Shown one piece after another: positions 53,003-60,291 of a stretch of DNA of 64,000 nt. Source of the DNA: an uncultured Polyangiaceae bacterium (lineage in GTDB: Bacteria; Myxococcota_A; Polyangia; Polyangiales; Polyangiaceae); contig CAZARU010000014.1 in NCBI GenBank assembly GCA_964487605.1, positions 2,495 through 66,494 on the forward strand. The letters run 5' to 3'. Below the pieces are notes generated by a model. It was not told the DNA's origin. It saw nothing but the letters and a program-made list of their open reading frames with translations, and ran no database searches. The position numbers were made by a program, and so were the translations under genes. Numbering within the stretch: the first letter of the stretch is position 1; every line of letters starts with the position of its first letter.

Positions 53003-56000
53003 ATGGCGCTGACGGATCTCCTCGGGCGGATTGCGACGCTCTTCACCCACCGCGACCGCCGCGTCTGGGGGACCCAGGGACGAGTCCACGTCGAGATGCG
53101 TCGGATCGAGCACGACGAGGTGCGCGAGTTCCGCGCCCGGCTGCACGAAGTCGTCCGAGAGCACCCCAGAATTCAGTGGGTGGAGGTGCTGCCGACGGTT
53201 CGGCGAATCATCGTCGCGTTCGAGACCGGCGCGTACACCGTAGAGGAAGTCGTCGCCCTCGTCGAAGAGGCGGAGCGTGCCGCACGCCTTCAGGCCGCGC
53301 CGTTCGGCGACGATCGGCGCGAGCACCCCGCCGACGGTGAGCCGGCGCTGCGCGCTTTGGTCGAGCTGACGGGGGACGCCTGGGGCCTCGTGGTCGGAGC
53401 CGGCCTGAAGCTCACGCCGCTTCCTGGCGTGCCGTTCGCCGGGAACGTCGCGGCGCTGCTGTCGTTGCTCAAGGGCTCGGACCGACTTCGCCAGGGCCTC
53501 GACGAGCGCTACGGCCCCCACACGGTGGACCTGTTCCTGAACCTCGCCGTCGCGGGTGCCCAGGGTGCGGCGCAGCGGCCTCTCAGTTCCTTGGTGGACG
53601 TCTCGCTGCGTGTCGCGGCGCTGCGCGAGGCCCTGGCCAGACGTGCGGTGTGGCACGAGCGTGAACCGGAGCTGGCCGGCGCACGCCCCGCAGCGGAGTC
53701 CGGCGACCACCGTGTCGAGCCGCGTCCCACACCGCTCCCGGCGGGTCCCATCGAGGAGTACGCGGACCGCGCGTGGGTGGTATCGCTCGCCGGTTTCGGT
53801 CTGAGTTTTCTCACCACCCGGAGCTTCCAGCGCGCCACCGCGGCGCTCTACGGAGCCATCCCGAAGCCCGCGCGGTTGGGGCGAGAAGTGTTCTCGAGCG
53901 GCCTGTGTCGCGCGCTCGGAGCCCGAGGCATCGTGACGCTGGACGCCGCCGCGCTCCGGCGGCTCGATCGCGTGGACTGCCTGGTCCTGCAGGGCGATCT
54001 CGTGCCACGTCAGCGCTTCCTGGTGGCCGACGTCATCGTCGCCAAGGGCGCGAACGGAGACGTGGCCCGGGCGCGAGCGAGCGAGCTGCTCGACCCCGAA
54101 GCTCCGCTCGACATTCGCCACGCGGGCGGGTGGACGCTCGGCCCGGTTCGGCGCCTGGAGGCGATCCTCGATCCGAGCCTGGCGAACCGCGTGGCCGAGC
54201 TCGGCAACCGCGGCGCCATCGTGCTCGGGTTGGCGCACGAAGGCAGCATGCAGGCCCTGGTGGACGTGGAAGTGACGCCTCAAACGGGCGTCGCCGAGAT
54301 CGTGAAGGCCGCGCACGACGCACAGATGCACGTCGTGGTGGCGACCAACGACGAGACCGCGCTGGAGGGCATCGAGGCCGACGACATCGTGCCTGGAGGT
54401 GCCGCCGTGGTTCGGGGCATTCGGCGACTGCAGCGCGAGGGGCGCGTGGTCGCCTTCGTCGGGACCGGCGGGTCGCCCGGACTTCCCGTCGCGGACGTCG
54501 GCTTCGGCCTGTGCCGCGTCGGAGACCCGACTCCGTGGGGCGCGCACTTCCTCTTGCGCCACGACCTGTCCGACGTGCACTTTCTCCTCGAGGCGTGCGC
54601 CGCTGCGCGCAAGATCGCCAAGCAGAGCGTGAACATCGCCCTCGCCGCCGCTACCGCCGGGGCGCTCGTGTCGGCGGGCGGCCTGTTGCCGATGAGCTCG
54701 ACCCGCGTCCTCTTCGTCGTCAACGGCGCAGCGCTCATTTCCATGGCGAACGGGGCGCGCGGGTCGTATCAGATCGCGACCCGCTCGCTCCCCGCACCGC
54801 GAGACCCCACACCATGGCATGCGCTCGAGGCCGACGGCGTCCTCGCGCGGCTCGGCGTCACCCGGGACGGTCTGCCTGGACACGACGTCGCGCTGCGCCG
54901 GCAACGCAGAGCCGCGCGCCCTTCGGCCCTCGGTGAGCTTTCGAGCGCGATCACGGACGAACTGTTCAACCCGCTCGCGCCGTTGCTAGCGGCCGGCGCC
55001 GGGCTGTCCGCCGCCATAGGATCCATGGCCGACGCCGTGATGGTGGGCGGTGTGGTCGGACTGAACGCGATCGTCGGTGGCGTCCAACGTTTCTCCAACG
55101 AGCGCGCGGTACGAGCCCTGGCGCAGGAGTCTCGCCGTCCTGCGCGGGTGGTTCGCGGCGGAGCCTCGCGAACGGTGGACGCGGAGGACCTGGTACGGGG
55201 AGACCTGGTCGAGCTCGACGCCGGCGACGTGGTGCCTGCCGACTGTCGCATCATCGAAGCAACGTCGCTGGAAGTGGACGCCTCCAGCCTCACCGGGGAA
55301 TCGCTGCCGGTGAAGAAGGGCGTCGCCGCGTCGTTCGAAGGCAACATCGCCGACAGAAGCTCGATGCTCTACGAGGGGACGTCGCTCGCCGCCGGTCGCG
55401 CACGGGCCGTGGTCGTCGCCGTCGGCACGGCCACCGAGGCGCGCCGAACGTCGAACGTCGCCCGAACGGAGCGCCAAGGCGGCGTCGAGCAACGGCTGAG
55501 GACTCTGATGACGCTCACCGCTCCCGTCGCCCTCGGCGCGGGCGTCGGCGTCGTGGCGGCGGGGCTCGTGCGCGGACGCAAGCTGTCCGAGGTCGTGGGA
55601 AGCGGCGTCAGCCTGGCGGTCGCGGCGGTCCCCGAGGGGCTGCCGCCTCTGGCGACCGCGGCGCAGCTCTCCGCTGCCAAGCGCCTGGCGGTCCGTGGCG
55701 CGCTCGTGAAGCACGCGCGCTCCGTAGAGGCCCTGGGACGCGTCGACATCGTCTGTCTCGACAAGACGGGCACCCTCACGAAGGGAAGGATCGCGCTCAC
55801 GGTCGTCTCGGATGGGCAACACGAGGCGGGCGTGGGCGACCTCGGGCCGACGCACCTGCGCGTGCTAGCCGCCGGCTTGCGGGCGGGCGCGCATACGCGC
55901 GTGGCCCGTCGTGCAGAGCCGATGGACGCGGCGCTGCACCGGCGCGCGCGCAAGCTCGGCCTCGGGCCCGACCACGGCGCGCATCAGTGGCGACGAACGA

Positions 56001-57421
56001 GCGAGATCGCCTTCGAGGCAGGCCGCGGCTACCACGCCGTGCTGGGCGGCGTCGGCGACGGGGCTCTCCTTTCCATCAAGGGGGCCCCGGAGGTCGTGCT
56101 CGCGTCGTGCAGCGCCTGGTGGCCCGGCGGCGCCCGAGCGCCCCTCGACGCCGATCGGCGGGAAGCGCTTCGCGCGGAAGCCGACCGACTCGCGCGAAAA
56201 GGGCTGCGAGTGGTCGCCGTGGCAGAACGGCAGGACACGGGCGTCGCGTCCATCGACCCGTCGCGGCTGCGCGGCATGGAGTTCCTCGGGTTCCTGGCGT
56301 TCCGCGATCCGGTGCGGAAGACCGCGCGGGCGGCGCTCGACGGCCTGCGGCGCGCGGGGGTTTCCGCGGTGATGATCACGGGAGACCATCCCAGCACGGC
56401 ACAGGCCATCGCCGAGGAGCTGGACCTCCTGCGGGGCCGCAAGGTGATGACGGGCGCGGATCTCGCCCTCTCGACGGAAGAGGAGCTCGACGCCTCGATC
56501 TTGGGCGTCGGCGTCTTCGCGCGCGTGACGCCCACCCAGAAGGTGCGCGTGGTGCGCGCGCTGCAGAGAGCTGGACGCGTCGTCGCGATGGCGGGGGACG
56601 GCGCGAACGATGCCCCGGCGATCCGCCTGGCCGACGTGGGCATCGCGATCGGCGAGCGCAGCACGGCAGCCGCACGCGGCGCGGCCGACGTCGTCCTCAC
56701 CGACGAGCGAATCGAGACCCTCGTCGACGCGCTCGTGGAGGGACGCGCCATGTGGGCCTCCGTGCGCGAGGCGCTCGCGATCCTCATCGGCGGCAACCTG
56801 GGAGAGATCGGCTACACCCTCGCCGCCGGTCTCGTGGACGGGCGGCCTCCACTCAACGCGCGCCAGCTGCTCCTCGTCAACCTGCTGACGGACGTGGCTC
56901 CGGCCATGGCGATAGCGCTCCGTCCGCCGTCGGTCGAGACGCTCGACCAGCTCGCCCGAGAGGGGCCGGATGCCTCGCTGGCCGCGCCACTGAACCGCGC
57001 GATCCTGTGGCGCGCCACCATGACCGGCGCGGGCGCCGGCGGCGCATGGATCGTCGGCAAGCTCACGGGTGGCGACGCACGGGCCCGCACGATCGGCCTC
57101 GCCGCGCTCGTGGGCACCCAGCTCGGACAAACCCTCGTGTCGGGCGGCGCGAGCCGCCCGGTGATCGTGACCAGCCTGGGTTCGATGGCCCTCCTGTTCA
57201 GCGTGATCTCGACGCCTGGCGTGAGCCACTTCTTCGGCTGCCGCCCCATGGGGCCGCTGGCGTGGTCGACCGCGCTCGGGGCGGCGGGCCTCGCGACGTA
57301 CGCGTCGGTGCGCTTGCCCGGAACGGCGGAACGGTGGACCGAGGCCCTCCGGACGAGGCTCGCGGCAGCCGGCTACACAGGCGTCGTCGAGCCCGCCGAG
57401 CGCCTCACCGGCCCGGGCTGA
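53003..57421 (+). CDS. giant cation-transporting P-type ATPase (about 1472 aa) with about 600-aa N-terminal extension
   Basis: The C-terminal module has TGES (SLTGESLP), CLDKTGTLT, MITGDHP and MAGDGANDAPAIRLADVGIA. The N-terminal extension has an HMA-like segment without CxxC and degenerate P-domain motifs. ATG at 53003. Confidence 0.9.
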   Translation: MALTDLLGRIATLFTHRDRRVWGTQGRVHVEMRRIEHDEVREFRARLHEVVREHPRIQWVEVLPTVRRIIVAFETGAYTVEEVVALVEEAERAARLQAAPFGDDRREHPADGEPALRALVELTGDAWGLVVGAGLKLTPLPGVPFAGNVAALLSLLKGSDRLRQGLDERYGPHTVDLFLNLAVAGAQGAAQRPLSSLVDVSLRVAALREALARRAVWHEREPELAGARPAAESGDHRVEPRPTPLPAGPIEEYADRAWVVSLAGFGLSFLTTRSFQRATAALYGAIPKPARLGREVFSSGLCRALGARGIVTLDAAALRRLDRVDCLVLQGDLVPRQRFLVADVIVAKGANGDVARARASELLDPEAPLDIRHAGGWTLGPVRRLEAILDPSLANRVAELGNRGAIVLGLAHEGSMQALVDVEVTPQTGVAEIVKAAHDAQMHVVVATNDETALEGIEADDIVPGGAAVVRGIRRLQREGRVVAFVGTGGSPGLPVADVGFGLCRVGDPTPWGAHFLLRHDLSDVHFLLEACAAARKIAKQSVNIALAAATAGALVSAGGLLPMSSTRVLFVVNGAALISMANGARGSYQIATRSLPAPRDPTPWHALEADGVLARLGVTRDGLPGHDVALRRQRRAARPSALGELSSAITDELFNPLAPLLAAGAGLSAAIGSMADAVMVGGVVGLNAIVGGVQRFSNERAVRALAQESRRPARVVRGGASRTVDAEDLVRGDLVELDAGDVVPADCRIIEATSLEVDASSLTGESLPVKKGVAASFEGNIADRSSMLYEGTSLAAGRARAVVVAVGTATEARRTSNVARTERQGGVEQRLRTLMTLTAPVALGAGVGVVAAGLVRGRKLSEVVGSGVSLAVAAVPEGLPPLATAAQLSAAKRLAVRGALVKHARSVEALGRVDIVCLDKTGTLTKGRIALTVVSDGQHEAGVGDLGPTHLRVLAAGLRAGAHTRVARRAEPMDAALHRRARKLGLGPDHGAHQWRRTSEIAFEAGRGYHAVLGGVGDGALLSIKGAPEVVLASCSAWWPGGARAPLDADRREALRAEADRLARKGLRVVAVAERQDTGVASIDPSRLRGMEFLGFLAFRDPVRKTARAALDGLRRAGVSAVMITGDHPSTAQAIAEELDLLRGRKVMTGADLALSTEEELDASILGVGVFARVTPTQKVRVVRALQRAGRVVAMAGDGANDAPAIRLADVGIAIGERSTAAARGAADVVLTDERIETLVDALVEGRAMWASVREALAILIGGNLGEIGYTLAAGLVDGRPPLNARQLLLVNLLTDVAPAMAIALRPPSVETLDQLAREGPDASLAAPLNRAILWRATMTGAGAGGAWIVGKLTGGDARARTIGLAALVGTQLGQTLVSGGASRPVIVTSLGSMALLFSVISTPGVSHFFGCRPMGPLAWSTALGAAGLATYASVRLPGTAERWTEALRTRLAAAGYTGVVEPAERLTGPG

Positions 57422-57456
57422 TTGCCCGCGCCCCGACACCGAGGCAAGACCGCGTC

Positions 57457-58347
57457 ATGATTTCGGAGACCTTCGACGAGAAGCGATGGCGACCCGTGGA
57501 GGGTTTCGCCTTCAGAGACATCACGTACCATCGGGCCATCGATCAGGGGACGGTACGGGTGGCGTTCAATCGCCCCGAGGTACGCAACGCCTTTCGGCCG
57601 AGCACGGTGGACGAGCTGTTCGCGGCCCTCGAGCACGCGCGCACCACGTCGGACGTGGGTTGCGTGCTGCTGACCGGCAACGGACCGTCACCCAAGGACG
57701 GAGGGTGGGCATTCTGCTCGGGAGGTGACCAGCGCATCCGAGGCAAGGACGGCTACAAGTACGAAGGTGCGGAGGGCCTGGACGCCGGGCGGCTCGGCAG
57801 GCTCCACATCCTGGAGGTGCAGCGGCTCATCCGCTTCATGCCGAAGATCGTGGTGGCGGTGGTTCCAGGCTGGGCGGTGGGTGGCGGACACAGTCTGCAC
57901 GTCGTGTGCGACCTCACCATCGCGAGCAAGGAGCACGCCGTGTTCAAGCAGACGGATCCGGACGTCGCCAGCTTCGACAGTGGCTACGGATCCGCCCTGC
58001 TGGCGCGTCAGGTCGGGCAGAAGAAGGCGCGAGAGATCTTCTTCGTCGGGCTCGACTACGACGCCGAGGCGGGTGCGCGCATGGGAATGGTCAACGCCGT
58101 CGTGCCGCACCGCGACCTGGAGGCCTTCGCCCTCGATTGGGCGGCGCGGATCAACGCGAAGAGTCCCACGGCCATGCGAATGCTCAAGTTCGGCTTCAAC
58201 CTGGTGGACGACGGCTTCGTGGGGCAGCAGCTGTTCGCCGGCGAGGCGACGCGGCTAGCCTACGGCACGGACGAGGCCGCCGAGGGGCGCGACGCGTTCC
58301 TACAGAAGCGACCTCAGGACTACTCGAGGTTTCCCTGGCACTACTGA
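57457..58347 (+). CDS. menB: 1,4-dihydroxy-2-naphthoyl-CoA synthase
   Basis: Crotonase-fold MenB sequence ITYHRAIDQGTVRVAFNRPEVRNAF...AFCSGGDQRIRG...GWAVGGGHSLHVVCDL, ending in FPWHY. The track ORF starting at 55987 over-extends. Confidence 0.93.
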   Translation: MISETFDEKRWRPVEGFAFRDITYHRAIDQGTVRVAFNRPEVRNAFRPSTVDELFAALEHARTTSDVGCVLLTGNGPSPKDGGWAFCSGGDQRIRGKDGYKYEGAEGLDAGRLGRLHILEVQRLIRFMPKIVVAVVPGWAVGGGHSLHVVCDLTIASKEHAVFKQTDPDVASFDSGYGSALLARQVGQKKAREIFFVGLDYDAEAGARMGMVNAVVPHRDLEAFALDWAARINAKSPTAMRMLKFGFNLVDDGFVGQQLFAGEATRLAYGTDEAAEGRDAFLQKRPQDYSRFPWHY

Positions 58348-58373
58348 GGCGGCCCGCTGCGTTTCCCGACCCC

Positions 58374-58391
58374 GCGGCGACGCATCGCCGC
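58374..58391. terminator. small GC hairpin between convergent menB and a hypothetical gene
   Basis: gcggcga-cgca-tcgccgc forms a 7-bp stem with a 4-nt loop. There is no U-tract, so this is weak. Confidence 0.2.
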
Positions 58392-58404
58392 CGCGCGCGA
58401 GCGA

Positions 58405-59232
58405 TCACTCCCAGCCCTCGTCGAGGTCGGACGCCGCTTCCACACTCGGCTCGGTGCGCCGAGGGCTGGCGCCACGAACGGAGCTCGCCGGGCCGGCCGG
58501 CGCGGGCGCTCGCTCCGGCCTGGCGACGCGCGCCGAGCTACCGGGGGGCGCGTCACCGTCACCCGCTCCCTCGAGGTCGGACATGTCGAGGGAGAGCGAG
58601 TCTCCGCGCCGCGTCACCGGAACCTCTTCCGGGCGCGGCGGGGGCTCGGTGATGGTGTCGTCCGAGCGGTAGGCGTCTGCCGGGATCTTCACCGCCGGCA
58701 GCCGGGTGGTGGGCTTCTGGTGCACCGGCTCGCCGCGCAGCGAGCGTGGCGCGAGCAGATCGTCGCTGATGGCGCGGGGCCGCTCGGGGGCGGCACTCTT
58801 GCGCAATCGCGCGCGGAGCCACAGCACCGAGCCCGGCTCACGGCTCGACACTTCGAGCGGCGCGATCGACGCGCCGCGGTGATCGACGAACATCGCGAAC
58901 TCTTCGAACGGCGCCGCGAACCTCAGCGGCGCGTGCAGGCGCGAGAGGGTCACTCCGTCGTCGGTGATGACCTCGATGAGCGTGCCGACGTCGTCGCGTC
59001 TCAGTCGCAGCTCGATCTCACCCTCCACCCACTCGCACTCGGCCATCCGCGCGAAGACGAAGAGCACCCGGAAAGCGCCCTGCCGGGGGCGGGAAACCTC
59101 CGCCATGCGCTCGACGAGCCGGAACGCGCGCTCGCGCGGGGACTCGGCGGACAGACTCGTGGCCGGCGAGAGCGCGGCGGCGATGGTGTCCTCGTCCACC
59201 TCCTGACACGTCGAGAAGTCCGGCGGGTTCAT
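58405..59232 (-). CDS. hypothetical protein (275 aa)
   Basis: Clean ATG ORF with coding-like bias. A structured N-terminal half is followed by a Pro/Arg/Ser-rich disordered tail. No motif recognised. Confidence 0.55.
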   Translation of the reverse strand: MNPPDFSTCQEVDEDTIAAALSPATSLSAESPRERAFRLVERMAEVSRPRQGAFRVLFVFARMAECEWVEGEIELRLRRDDVGTLIEVITDDGVTLSRLHAPLRFAAPFEEFAMFVDHRGASIAPLEVSSREPGSVLWLRARLRKSAAPERPRAISDDLLAPRSLRGEPVHQKPTTRLPAVKIPADAYRSDDTITEPPPRPEEVPVTRRGDSLSLDMSDLEGAGDGDAPPGSSARVARPERAPAPAGPASSVRGASPRRTEPSVEAASDLDEGWE

Positions 59233-59355
59233 TCGGACCGAGCCATCTTCGCCTCCATTCGCGAAGCGTCAAAGCTGGCGGGCCCGGCGGCTCCCCCACT
59301 TATCGATCTGCCCTGAATTTGGCCGGAACTGCACCTGCGTGAGCAAGAGGGGCGC

Positions 59356-60054
59356 ATGAAGTCGAGCCTCATCGCCCTATTCGTCGTCGCTTTCGGCGGC
59401 GCGGCCTGTGCATCGAACCCCTCGGTCGCCACGTCGGCGCCGGCCGAGAAGCCGAAGGCGACCACGCCACCCACGAAGACCAGCGCCGCTGCGCCGGTTG
59501 CACCGGCCGAGGCGGCGCAAGCGACGGCAGCTCCCGTCGTCGGCGACTACACGGTGCACCGCTTCAGCGGAGCCTACCGCAAGAAGCCGATGTGGCTGAA
59601 GGAGCAGCTGGTGGAGCGCGAGGGCGAGGTCTCGACCCTCGAGATCACGGTGGACGAGGAGGGCGCAACTCGTGTTCTGCGCGTGGTCAAGGTGGGCGCC
59701 GATACGTTCAGTGTCGTGCGGGTCGACGGCGGCCGATCCGAAGAGCTCGATGCCCGGGACTACGACACGCTGATGGAGACCACGAGCTTCGCAGCCGACA
59801 CGAACGAGGGCCTCGTGGACACCGAGCCGGTGACGCTGATCGTCGGCGGCCGGGAAATTTCGGGCACGAAGACGCGCTTCAAGGTCACCGTGAACGGCAA
59901 GGACGGCATCCTCGCCGTCGTCACGAGCGACGGCATGCCAGGGAGGGACCTGTCGGGTGAACTCACCCTGGGCGACGGAACCGTGGTGTACCGCGCCTCG
60001 CTGATCGAGAGCGGCAACGAGGCGCCGTCCTCGAGCTTCGCCTCGCGCTTCTGA
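59356..60054 (+). CDS. putative lipoprotein, unknown function
   Basis: An SD-like AAGAGGGG precedes the ATG. Signal sequence MKSSLIALFVVAFGGAAC, an Ala/Pro/Thr linker and a beta-rich domain. Confidence 0.65.
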   Translation: MKSSLIALFVVAFGGAACASNPSVATSAPAEKPKATTPPTKTSAAAPVAPAEAAQATAAPVVGDYTVHRFSGAYRKKPMWLKEQLVEREGEVSTLEITVDEEGATRVLRVVKVGADTFSVVRVDGGRSEELDARDYDTLMETTSFAADTNEGLVDTEPVTLIVGGREISGTKTRFKVTVNGKDGILAVVTSDGMPGRDLSGELTLGDGTVVYRASLIESGNEAPSSSFASRF

Positions 60055-60074
60055 GCGGCGCTTCGCGGCACACC

Positions 60075-60107
60075 GGCGCGCTCCGCGACTCCACCGCGGA
60101 GCGCGTC
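60075..60107 (+). terminator. stem-loop 20 nt after the lipoprotein gene stop (candidate intrinsic terminator, weak U-tract)
   Basis: Arms ggcgcgctccgcg / cgcggagcgcgtc give 11 to 13 bp around a 7-nt loop. The structure is followed by gcgcatttcgg. Confidence 0.45.
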
Positions 60108-60291
60108 GCGCATTTCGGCGTCCCCGAGGTGCCTCGTCGCGATCGCTCGTCCGGTTCGGCCGGGATCCACCCCGCGACGATCGAGACGGCGGCATCCGGG
60201 GCCCGAGCAGATCGGCGCGCGGGCGAGGGCCCGCGCCCAGGGTGCTACACTGCGACGGCTCGCACCCGGAACGCTCACTGGAGGAACCTGG

